The notes beneath the pieces were generated by a model. It saw only the letters and a list, made by a program, of their open reading frames with translations, was not told the DNA's origin and ran no database searches. Below are positions 1-12,050 of a stretch of 64,000 bases of DNA, piece after piece (position 1 is the stretch's first letter; every line of letters begins with the position of its first letter). The stretch lies in the NCBI GenBank assembly GCA_002269645.1, contig NIVC01001170.1, positions 186,001-250,000 on the forward strand, given 5' to 3'. Source of the DNA: Macrostomum lignano (taxonomy: Eukaryota). The position numbers were made by a program, and so were the translations under genes.

Positions 1-613
1 TTTTGACAGGATCAGATAATTTTAAATGATTTCAGTCAAATATTAGATTTTTTTATGATTTAGATGAGTTTGTATTGATACATAAATATTTTTTGAATGA
101 AATTGTATTTTATAAAAATGAATCGATTATGCAATCAAAACACGCAACATGTAAAAAGCACTTACGTTTTCGGATACTATGCATATACGTGTAAAAGAAA
201 TAGGCTTTTAGAAAATCGTGCAAATAAGGACAGATTAATTGTATAATAACTATTTCACATTCACATTTTTCACATGTAAACTTCCACTGCTATTATTATT
301 AGCTAGCTGTAAGTATTTTTTATTGTAATCGTAAGCCACAGATATAAAATGTCTTTAACTGATGGGAAAATTGAAGCATATACTTAAAAAATTATGACGA
401 AAAAGCTCTTTTCAATGCGCTGCCGCCAGTAAGACTTTTTTATTAAGTAATATGATTTGCAAGTAATTGAATAAGGTAGATTTCTAGCAGTAGCACCTTG
501 AATACTAGAACGATTCTATAGCTCTCTGACGCTAAGACAAAAAGTTTGTTATGTTTTTAGGCAATTCAGATTTACATGTATATACTTTAAATATATTAAT
601 CCACAATCTTTAT

Positions 614-3413
614 CTAGTCCAGCCGTCGTCGCTGCGCCTCCCCAACATCAATTCTGCCACCTTGTCGCAGCCGATCTCCCACCAGGCGAACTTGGCTCTC
701 AATGTTGTCCAACTTGCTGGCTTGCTTGGCGGCAATGTTGGCGCACTTTGTGCTCAGCTTCTCCACCGCAGTGCCGTCCGGATAAATTTTGTCGCGCAGG
801 TGTCGCCGCTTGCCGCGAAATTTGAAGGCCTGATAGCGCAGGAAGCTGCGATAGCGGTCAGAGAAGTTGCGAAATTTCTGCTCCGAAGGGGTCCAGCCCT
901 GCGGCACGGAAATCACTGGCGGTTATCAGAAAGTAAGCATACGTGCACCCATCTCAATCTCAATGCAATCCGCTCACCCAGCTGACTCATACACAACCAC
1001 CTCACTCCTCAAACGCACCCACCTCACTCCTACGCACCCACCTCATTCCTCCTACGCACCCACCTCACTCCTACGCACCCACCTCACTCCTCCTACGCAC
1101 CCACCTCACTCCTCCTACGCACCCACCTCACTCCTACGCACCCACCTCACTCCTCCTACGTACCCTCCTCACTACTACGTACCGACCCCACTCCTTCTAC
1201 CTAAACCCACCTCACTCCTAAGTACCCACCTCACTCCTCCTACGTACCCACCTTACTCTTACGCACCCACCTCACTCCTCCTACGCACCCACCTCACTCC
1301 TCCCACGTACCCACCTCACCCCCCCCTTCGCACCCACCTCACTCCTTCTACGCATCCACCTCACTCCTCCTACGCACCAACCTCACTCCGCTCAACCATC
1401 CCATCTCCACCCAACCCACCCAGCCCATCCGCCAAACCTGTGCTCTGGCCCTCCGCCGCCGATAATAGAAGCTCCATAGCAGCGGCATGAACAGCATCTC
1501 GAGCACGTTAACGGGCGGCGGGGTCAGCCAATGCCGCTCGTATTGGATCATCAGCTTGGCCTTGGACAGGCGCCAGATGTCGAAGGCGCGTTCGCTTTTC
1601 TCGGCCACGGTGAGGCTGAACTTGGCGATGAGCATGTTGGTCATGACCAGAAACACCAGCAGGATAACGAATACCAGGCCGTTGGCATACAGCTGAATTT
1701 TTTTTATTATGTTCATTATGTTTGTGGTGGGATTATGTGGCTGTGGGAACAACTTGAATATAGGGAAACGGGTAAAACGGCCCCTGCTGAGGACGGCCAT
1801 AATTCAAGCGATTTCTTAGCTTTCTACAATAATTGATGGTCTAAGTGCACTTTACAGCACTCACTGAAGGACCCTGAGGGGTAGCGGCACTCACTGAAGG
1901 ACCTCTCAGGGGTAGCGGCACTCACTGAAGGACCTCTCAGGGGTAGCGGCACTCACTGAAGGACCCTCAGGGGTTGCGGCACCCCGCGAAACACCTTAGC
2001 TCGTAGTGCTTACCTTCCTGAAGAAAAGCACCGAGTCGGAGACCACTGCCGCCTCCTCGCTGGCGACAGTGCCATTGCTTCCAAGAAAAGTGTCCAACTC
2101 GTCCATAAGCTTGGTCTGCTCGCCAGGCAAGTCCATCTCCAGCTGGCCGAAGGTGAGAAAGAAGCCCCGAACCGCCACCTGTCGCATGAGCAGGTACCAG
2201 TCCCGGTTGGGCCGGGGGCAGAGCAGATTGACAACCAAGAGGCCGAACAGGCCAATTATGATGCAGTTGATGCACAGGAAAGGCGGCAGGTCCCTGAGAA
2301 ACAGCGAGCGCATCATGCTGACTGTCGGCCCGATCCAGTGAAACGGTCTCAGGTAAGACAGCAGTCTCAGACCCAGGGCTACTATGGCAAAGCCGGTGAA
2401 AAAGTACAACTGCTCAGATGAGTTGTCCGTTGACAGCATGATGCAGGCTGTGACGCCGGGAATCAGAATCACAATCAGATCGATGGCGTTCCAGCGATCC
2501 GTGCGGAAATAGGTGAGCAGTGAGCGGGCCAGCACGTATAACAGGAAAATAAAATTTATCGGCATTAGTAGAAGACCCGTTGTCAGCTTTCGATAGGCGC
2601 CTGTCAGATTTGAGAAATTAGACTGTTTAAATACAGAATACAAATTCGTGGGCTGTCGGAGCCAATGAGCGATAGACTCGGGAGTGAGATGTCTGTCGGG
2701 GCCAATCAGCGATAGACGGGGAAGTGAGGTGTCTGTCGGAGCCAATCAGCGATAGACTCGGGAGTGAGATGTCTGTCGGGGCCAATCAGCGATAGACGGG
2801 GAGTGAGGTGGCAATCAGAGCCAATCAGCGATAAACTGGGGAGTGAAGGCATCTTGTCTGTAAAACCTATAAACTAAGAGATTGGGGGTTGCTGTTGGCC
2901 AATCTAATCAAACAGGGGAGTGCTCAAAAAGGCAGCAGCCATTCAGAAGGAGCGGGTTAAACAAGGCACAAAAACGAACCGACTCCGCAAGTTCCGCAGC
3001 AGTCGTCTCCACCGACGCAGCACTTGCAGTTGCACCGTCTGCTGTAGAATTTGGCGCAGAATTGGTGGGAAAATTTCTGATTGCGCCGCATCGCGTCCCA
3101 AACTTCCGGCATCTCCTGGCAGAGAAAGCCGGCAGAGAAGGCCATGAGCAGGGTGACCTCGAGCCACTTGGTATTTGGCAGCGGCCCGAACACGGCCAGG
3201 CGGCAGTACATCACCATGAACAAGGCGTAGCTCAGGAAGTCCAAGAAGTAGCGGCCAATCAGCGGCAGAGTGGCGGCCCGTCTGCCTTTTGGTCTCGGAG
3301 GCATCGCGCCGCTGCCGAGCCAGGCGCGATCGACGAAGTCGTTCAAGCACTTGGTTGAGAACACCTGGGAATGCGGAGTGAGGGTAATAACTAACTAACT
3401 AACTAACTAACTG

Positions 3414-3484
<71 letters not shown>

Positions 3485-3553
3485 GACTAACTAACTAACT
3501 AACTAACTAACTGACTAACTAACTGACTAACTAACTAACTAACTAACTAACTG

Positions 3554-3604
<51 letters not shown>

Positions 3605-3605
3605 G

Positions 3606-3636
<31 letters not shown>

Positions 3637-3637
3637 G

Positions 3638-3676
<39 letters not shown>

Positions 3677-3677
3677 G

Positions 3678-3731
<54 letters not shown>

Positions 3732-6700
3732 AGACCAACTGACTAACTGAGCAGCTGCCCCTACCTGCTGACAGCCGCTGAGCTGCATCAGCTCAAAAAC
3801 GCTCCTCTCCGCTGGCTTGGACTTCACCGGGTCCGTGCAGTTGAACAGCGGCCCCCGGGTGCCGGCGGCGGCCGCCGACGCCAGGCCGAAGCTGCCGCGC
3901 AGGAATTTGAACACGTCGCTCCGCTGGGTCTCGCGGCAGTTTTTGTACAGCTGCCGCACCGAGTTCAGTAGCAGGCGAGTGGCGAACCGGTGAGATTCAA
4001 ACAGGCGCAGGTCGACGCTGACGCGGCCTCGACGACAAGGCAGCAGGTCGGAGCCACCGCCATCGCCGCCGCTTCCTCCTTCGTCAAACAGGCAAGCGGG
4101 CCAGCGACTCAAGCCGGAGCTGCTCAGCAGGCGGCACTCGATCAGCACCAGCAGGCAGGTTGGCACCAAGTCGAACTGCCGCATCACCAGCAGCTCCTTG
4201 GCGACGGCGAATCGGCGCCATTTCAGCGCCGCAACCGCCACGTTGTTCATGCACCAGAGAGAGTAGCGGTCGCTCAGCGCCTCCATCGCCAAGTCGGCCA
4301 CTCGGTCTTCGCAGGATGGCCCGGCCACAATGGCCTTCAGCAAGGATTCATCGAGCCGACGCTCCTGGTGGAGACGCGAAATTGAACGGGCGGCAGCGAC
4401 TGAAGTCGTAAATCCAGCTTGCAATGCCAAAGGCGCGACCTTATATGACCCCTCGTAATCAGCTTTTGGCGCCTTTTTAGTGAATTTCGGCGCCCATTGA
4501 TAACAAATTTTTGCGCCCACCTATGACTAATTTTGGCGTTAATTTAAACTGAATTTTGGCGCCCATTTATAACAATTTGTGCGCACATTTACGAGTATAA
4601 CAAATTTAGGCGCCTATTTAAACATAATTTTGGTACTTATTGTAACAAAATTTTGCGCGCGTTTAAAGAGAGTTTTAGCGCTTGTTGTAGCAACAGTTGG
4701 CACTCATTTATGACTAATTTTGGCGTTAGTTTTAGCCAAATTTAGACGCCCATTTCATAGCAGCAAAAAAACTCGAACCAAGGACCTCAAGCTTCGCACC
4801 TGGCCCAGATGAACAATATAGGCTCGGAATTGCTGATCCACCGAGCTCGGGCTGAACACCAGACCGTCCCACAGGCGCAGCGCTGAGATGCTGAGCAGCA
4901 GGCGCACCGAGTTGTCCCTGATGGCCGCGTACAGCAGCTGGATGGCCGGGTGGAAGTCGCCATCGTCGACTAGCAAGTCGCCGTAGGCGAATCTGTTGGC
5001 GACGCCGACGGTGTCGCGGCCGCGGATGGCGGCGATGCGGCGACGCAGATGCAGACTGCAGTGCGAGTACATGATCTGGGGAGGGGATGGGGTCAGCTGA
5101 GATGATGATCAATCAAACTAACATGGGATCATCTGGGATGGGATCATCTGGGATGGGATCATCTGGGATGGGATCATCTGGGATGGGATCATCTGGGATG
5201 GGATCATCTGGGATGGGATCATCTGGGATGGGATCATCTGGGATGGGATCATCTGGGATGGGATCATCTGGGATGGGATCATCTGGGATGGGATCATCTG
5301 GGATGGGATCATCTGGGATGGGATCATCTGGGATGGGATCATCTGGGATGGGATCATCTGGGATGGGATCATCTGGGATGGGATCATCTGGGATGGGATC
5401 ATCTGGGATGGGATCATCTGGGATGGGATCATCTGGGATGGGATCATCTGGGATGGGATCATCTGGGATGGGATCATCTGGGATGGGATCATCTGGGATA
5501 AATCCCCTAACCTGTTCGGCCTCCTCGCAGCTCGGCAGGGCGCAGGAGGACCACACTGGGTCAATGAGGCTGTGCACCACCTCGAGCTCCGCGCTGTTCT
5601 CGCAGGCAGCCAGCAGGGACTCGAGCCCGTCGTTCTCAATGGCCAAGTCCACGCAGGTCAGGCCGCTGTCGCTGCGGGCCGACAAGCGGAGTCCGTGCCG
5701 GACGAGATGGGCGATGTTCTTGGTGAGGCGGGCCTGGACAGCAAAGTGCAGGCAGGTGAACCCGGCGCAGATGCCACCGGTGACCCGCGACAGCAGCAGT
5801 CGCGACCAGCGCTCGGGACCGAACCTGAGGAGGGAGAGGGTGAGTGACTTGTGAGCGTGACAGTAGGCCGCTAAAGTATATAGAAAAAGAGTGACAGAGA
5901 AAGCACAGAATGAGAGTGACAGAATGAGAGTGACAGGATAAGAGTGGCAGAATGAGAGTGACAGAATAAGAGTGACAGGATAAGAGTGGCAGAATGAGAA
6001 TGACAGAATGAGAGTGACAGAATGAGAGTGACAGGATAAGAGTAGCAGAATGAGAGTGACAGAATGAGAGTGACAGAATGAGAGTGACAGGATAAGAGTG
6101 GCAGAATGAGAGTGACAGAATGAGAGTGGCAGAATGAGAGTGACAGAATGAGAGTGACAGAATGAGAGTGACAGAATGAGAGTGACAGGATAAGAGTGGC
6201 AGAATGAGAGTGACAGAATGAGAGTGACAGAATGAGAGTGACAGAATGAGAGTGACAGAATGAGAGTGGCAGAATGAGAGTGACAGAATGAGAGTGACAG
6301 AATGGGAGTGACAGAATGAGGGTGACAGGATAAGAGTGGCAGAATGAGAGTGGCAGAATGAGAGTGACAGAATGAGAGTAACAGAATGAGAGTGACGGAA
6401 TGAGAGTGACAGAATGAGAGTGACAGAATGAGAGTGACATAATGAGAGTGACAGAATGAGAGTGACAGAATGAGAGTGACAGAATGAGAGTGATACACTG
6501 AGCTCCACCTCTCGGTCAGCAGCAGCTCCAGGCTGGCTAGGCAGGAGTGGCCGGCGGCCACATGGGCCAGGGTCATGCCGTGCGAGTTCTGCAGGCACTC
6601 CTCGACCACAGCGTCACCGAACTCGGGGGCGGCCAACAGGGCGCGGAGAAAGTCGAGTCGGTCCCGTTGGACGCCGACAAACAGCGGGTTGAACCCGATG

Positions 6701-8359
6701 GAGTTCTCGTCAGACAGGCGCAGCCCCAGCAACTGCGGGATGGTCGGATGAGTTAATGAGTGAGTTTATGAGTGAGTTTATCAGTAAATTTATCAGTGAG
6801 TTTATGAGTGATTTTATCGGTGAGTTTTATAATTGCGTTTATGAGATCATTAGCGAGATCATGAGTGAGATCATGAGTGAGATCATGAGTGAGATTATGA
6901 GTGAGATCATGAGTGAGATCATGAGTGAGATCATGAGTGAGATCATGAGTGAGATCATGAGTGAGATCACGAGTGAGATCATGAGTGAGATCATGAGTGA
7001 GATCATGAGTGAGATCATGAGTGAGATCATGAGTGAGATCATGAGTGAGATCATGAGTGAGATCATGAGTGAGATCATGAGTGAGATCATGAGTGAGATT
7101 ATGAGTGAGATTATGAGTGAGATCATGAGTGAGATCATGAGTGAGAACATGAGTGAGATCATGAGTGAGATCATGAGTGAGATCACGAGTCAGATCATCA
7201 CCTGCAGCCGGGCCATCATCGCCAGCACATCCTCCAACCGCGCCTCCAGCTCGGGCTGCTCCATCAGCTGGTGGAAGGCGTTGCTGCCGGTGATGTCGGC
7301 GGCTGTCGGGTCGGCACCGCAGTCGAGCAGGCGGCCAGCCAGAGTGAGCTGGCCCAGTGCGCAGGCCTGCAGCAGAGGCTGGATGCCGATGCAGTTGCTG
7401 GCGTTCACATCGCAGAGGCCGGAGCGCAGCAGGTAGCCGGCGCTGAGCGGCTTGCCGAGGCCGCAGCAGAGCAGCAGGGGAGTCGCTCCGGAGGAGTTCC
7501 GCTCGTCCAGGCTGCGCTCTGTAGCCTTGACATAGTCGAGGAAGTCCACTGCCACAGCGTCGGGCAGACGGCGGACCACCAGGTGGGCGGCGGTGTCGCC
7601 AGAGCCGGTGCGGGTCTCCTTGGCACGAACAAGATTTTAGTTTTAGGTTTTAGTTTTAAATTTTAGTTTTAGATTTTAGTTTTAGGTTTTAGTTTTTTAT
7701 TTTAGTTCTAGATTTTAGTTTTAGATTTTAGTTTTAGGTTTTAGTTTTTTATTTTAGTTCTAGATTTTAATTTTTGATTTTTGTTTTAGATTTTAGTTCA
7801 AAAATTAAGTTTTAGATTTTAGTTTTATATTTAGTTTTAGATTTTAGTTTTAGGTTTTAGTTTTTTATTTTAGTTCTAGATTTTAGTTTTAGATTTTAGT
7901 TTTAGGTTTTAGTTTTTTATTTTAGTTCTAGATTTTAGTTTTAGATTTTTTAGATTTTAGTTTTATATTTTAGTTCTACATTTTAGTTTTAGATTTTAGT
8001 TAAACCAATCCTCAATGCACAGAGTGTCAATGACAAATTCAGGTCCTGCGTGAATGTGTACATGCCTAGATTTTCTTAGAAACGAGCTGGAAGCCAGTAA
8101 GGAATGAAATGCTTGTCCTATTGTTAATGCAGTCATTAATGCATGGGGTTTCTGCCATAGACAAACTCAACTGCAGCTGTCCCAGAGATCTCACCTGTTG
8201 CAGCAGCACCAGCCGCTCAAACTGGTCAGGATCGGGCAGCTCGTGCCGCAGCTGCTGGTACCGCTCCAGGGCCTGCTTGTGCTGCGGCACCTCGATGTAC
8301 AGCGACTGCAACTGCTGGTGCCGATGCATCCTGCAGTCTGCCGGAAATTCGCTGCTAAA
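614..8359 (-). CDS. Ankyrin-repeat TRP cation channel (divergent, TRPC/TRPM-like), multi-exon; 5' end not resolved
   Basis: Exons joined with phase-consistent GT-AG sites: 8359-8195, 7618-7202, 6732-6509, 5824-5512, 5075-4800, 4364-3765, 3364-~3013, 2600-2014, 1692-1438, 898-614 (about 1157 aa). Ankyrin motifs: GDTAAHLVV, GATPLLLCC, GIQPLLQAC, GSNAFHQL, GMTLAHVAA, GFTCLHFAV. Channel motifs: S4-S5 LRLLSYLRPFHWIGPTVSMMRSLFLRDL, pore FFLTFGQL, S6 MTNMLIAKFS, TRP box IWRLSKAKLMIQYE, box 2 LTPPPVNVL, then a predicted C-terminal coiled coil. Confidence 0.85.
985..1420. repeat. Intronic ~22-bp minisatellite (CTCACTCCTCCTACGCACCCAC)
   Basis: Tandem degenerate units in the last TRP intron. Confidence 0.9.
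1855..1985. repeat. Intronic ~31-bp minisatellite, about 4 copies
   Basis: GCACTCACTGAAGGACCTCTCAGGGGTAGCG units. Confidence 0.85.
2655..2850. repeat. Intronic 40-bp minisatellite
   Basis: GCCAATCAGCGATAGACTCGGGAGTGAGATGTCTGTCGGG units. Confidence 0.85.
3389..3750. repeat. Intronic (TAAC)n microsatellite
   Basis: Direct reading. Confidence 0.95.
5120..5500. repeat. Intronic 15-bp minisatellite (GGGATCATCTGGGAT)
   Basis: About 25 near-perfect units. Confidence 0.95.
5885..6495. repeat. Intronic 15-bp minisatellite (GAGTGACAGAATGAG variants)
   Basis: Direct reading. Confidence 0.95.
6755..7190. repeat. Intronic 12-bp minisatellite (ATGAGTGAGATC)
   Basis: Direct reading. Confidence 0.95.
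7637..8000. repeat. Intronic T-rich ~13-bp repeat (TTTTAGTTTTAGA)
   Basis: Direct reading. Confidence 0.9.
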
Positions 8360-8904
8360 CTGAAACGCAGCAGAATAAGCCGCAAGAACTGAGACTTTCC
8401 AACTGTATTTATCAGAGCCTGATGCCAAACTGATGGCAAGCTGCGATAATGAAGCTGAGAGTCTGCAGACAGAAGCATGCATATGCGCAGCGATCGAACG
8501 CAGATCTTCCTTCACTCGGGCTGCTTCCGGTGTTAAACCATTTGCGAATGGATTGTAAAGCTATGTGCATGCACCAGCGAAGTGAACTATAAAGTAGATC
8601 CACAGCAGGGCAATACTGATCAGTCAGTGATACAATATTTAGCCGCAATTAATGCTCAAAATATTTAATCATTTCCAAAGATAAATTTGTAAACTTTATA
8701 AGCCCGCAATTAGAACTAACCCGCAATCCAAGAATTAAGAAATTTATGACAATTTTGGATACAGAATGTTAAATTTACCACTTGGCGCACTAAAATCAAT
8801 AACTGACTTGCAAGGCTTGATAGACGGAGGGTCTTTATTCTAATTGAATTTATGCATTCATAACATCCTGAGGTTCTGGATTAGAACCCTAAGTGCCGCG
8901 GGCT

Positions 8905-9525
8905 GAGGTCAGTAACTGTCTAGAGATTTAGGTCAGTAACTGTCTAGAGATTTAGGTCAGTAACTGTCTAGAGATTTAGGTCAGTAACTGTCTAGAGATT
9001 TAGGTCATGTAAGTGTCTAGAGATTTAGGTCAGTAACTGTCTAGAGATTTAGGTCAGTAACTGTCTAGAGATTTAGGTCATGTAAGTGTCTAGAGATTTA
9101 GGTCAGTAACTGTCTAGAGATTTAGGTCAGTAACTGTCTAGAGATTTAGGTCAGTAACTGTCTAGATGTTTAGGTCAGTAACTGTTTAGAGATTTAGGTC
9201 AGTAACTGTCTAGATGTTTAGGTCAGTAACTGTCTAGAGATTTAGGTCAGTAACTGTCTAGATGTTTAGGTCAGTAACTGTCTAGAGATTTAGGTCAGTA
9301 ACTGTCTAGAGATTTAGGTCAGTAACTGTCTAGATATTCAGGTCATGTAAGTGTCTAGAGATTTAGGTCAGTAACTGTCTAGAGATTTAGGTCAGTAACT
9401 GTCTAGATATTCAGGTCATGTAAGTGTCTAGAGATTTAGGTCAGTAACTGTCTAGAGATTTAGGTCAGTAACTGTCTAGAGATTTAGGTCAGTAACTGTC
9501 TAGAGATTTAGGTCAGTAACTGTGA
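8905..9525. repeat. 24-bp minisatellite (TAGGTCAGTAACTGTCTAGAGATT)
   Basis: About 25 units. Confidence 0.95.
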
Positions 9526-9936
9526 AGATATTTACTTCATGACTGTATGGATATCTAGAGATTTGACCCTAAATTTCGACCCAGTCGAAAAGCTGCAATT
9601 TTTAATTTTTGAGAATTCTGTAAATAATTTTTAAATAACTGAAATTAATGAGCAGCAAAAGCAATAAAATTGAGTCCTGACACAGGAAAGCAACTGTTCG
9701 TAAAACTTTAAAACGGACAAAAATAGTTTTTAAGGATTTAGAAAATTTATTATTAACGATATGTAATCAATATTTACAGTTAAAGGTTAGTATACGCTTT
9801 AACTAATGAATAGTAAAAGAATATTATTGTAAGTTACATAGATACTTGGATGCATATATTCACGCACAACGACCAGATATCACAAATAGCTAATAACTAT
9901 GTTCATCTCTGGGTGGGCAATGTGCTCCCTGCCGCA

Positions 9937-10093
9937 GGAAAATCCGTGGAAATTCCGTGGGCCAGGGGTTGAACGGGCGCCTACAAAGTGATTGATTGCA
10001 TTGAGAACCATGCCGCAAGGAAAAACCGCGGAAATGCCACGGTTCTCTAGCTAGAGTACATAGCTTAAATGAAGGAATTTCCACGGATTTTCC
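9937..10093. mobile_element. MITE-like element or hairpin with a perfect 20-bp inverted repeat
   Basis: GGAAAATCCGTGGAAATTCC at 9937-9956 and its reverse complement at 10074-10093; no TSD identified. Confidence 0.45.
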
Positions 10094-12050
10094 GGCCGCG
10101 GTGTGTACATTATCCTATAAAACTTATTGATTTGATAAAACACATCACAGCTACAGAAGGGGGCTAAATACACTAGCAGCTACAAATCGATAAAATCCAA
10201 CAGACACAGCCAGTGACTCAGTGATAATTGAGACGGAATTTGAGCACTTCTAAATAAAAACACGATAATTATAGTAACCTTGATAAGGAAGTAATAAACC
10301 AATAATTAATAAATCTTGACACCAAACAGGTAAACTAGACAAAAAATTTATATCAACTAAGCAGGCAATACATATAGAATTAATGCCCAATTTGGATCAC
10401 AGAAATGATAAAGCAACCGCACGAAGGTTAAAAGCAGGGGTGGATATCTGCAGAAGCGCTTAAAGACAAAATATCATACATAAATAAATAAATAAATAAA
10501 GGTGAAATGGAATGCCCGCAAAGGATTGGTTAGAAGAGCACTGCAGATTGATCTGATTATCAACAGATTTTTGTATAAATAAACAAACAAACAAACATTT
10601 CATGGACCTGTGATTAAAGAAGTAGTGTGTTAGAAAATTCTGCTAACTAAATAAAAACAAGTATACATTATATGCAGACACAGGTAGAAATTTTCGGAAC
10701 CAAATATGATTTAGCAAAATCGTATCACAGGTAACTAAAATCAGGGACAGGGCTTGCCGCGACCCGCATTTATAAAAAAACTTAACACGTGCTGCTTTGG
10801 CAATAAAACAAACTAATTAGGCAATAAATTCCGAAAACGTTCAATCTGCACTACTCATGTAGCGCAACAAAAAGTAGTAGTATTTACCGATTTACTAGTT
10901 AAAAAAATTAGTGCGAGCAGTTAATAAAAAGTGAGTTTTTTTTCTGTTTAATTAGGGATGTTAAAAAATCGGTTCAATGTCACAAGAAAAAGTCGACAGT
11001 GATAAAACTGATGATGCGGCCGGTTGCTTTCTAAGAAAAAAGTTTGTTTAATCTCTTGGAATGGAGTCGGATTAATATGGCTATACGACTCTGTTATGTC
11101 ACATTATGCCCGAGAATACGAAGACTTCATCGGACGATAGCATTGGAAATAATGTTATGATAAAAAGTAAAATATTTATACCGTCAATTAAAATGCTACC
11201 GGCATTAGTAGAAAGATTTCTCTTCGCTAAAATTAATCGCAACTTGCAATAGCCAGCAGAATCAGAGATGGATCTATTAACCCATTGTGAACTTTAACAG
11301 CTGGTGCTATATTAATAATAATAATAATAGTAATAATAATATTTTCATATAATAATCCGCATATTTCCTGTGTCGTGTCAATCTATTATCTATAAATCTT
11401 TGCAATCTTTTTGTTTGTATAATCTACAAATATCTGACAATCAATTAACCTGCCAATAAATCAACCAAACTACCTGCAAATAAAATTCATCGATTTACCT
11501 GCCTATCAATCAATCTATTTGCCAATAAATTAATCAATTTAACTGCCAATCAACCAATCAATCAAGTAATCGATTTACCTGCCAATCAATAAATCGATCT
11601 ACCTGCCAATCAATAAATCGATCTACCTGCCAATCAATAAATCAATCAATCTACAAGCCTATACATCAATGAATCTAGCTGTCTATCAATAAATCAATCA
11701 ATCTACCAGCCTATAAATCAATCAATCTACCTGTCGATCAATAAATCAATCAATCTACCTGTCGATCAATAAATAAATCAATCTACCTGTCGATCAATAA
11801 ATCAATCAATCTACCGGCCTGCCTATCAATCAATCAATTAGTCAAACAGTCGATCAATCAATAAATCAATAAATCAATCTACCTGCCAATATATCAATCA
11901 ATCAATCAATCTACCTGCCAATAAATAAATCAATCAATAAATCAATCTACCTACATACAAACACATACATAAACCTAACAAGGACCCAGTAGACAATAAA
12001 TTATCTATCAATAGATCTATCTAATCCAGTTGGCAAAGCAACACTCCCAG

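Noticed and set aside
8360-10100. Upstream TRP exons and start codon (ORFs at 8515, 8648, 10084)
   Set aside because: No unambiguous splice path or homology could be established by eye.
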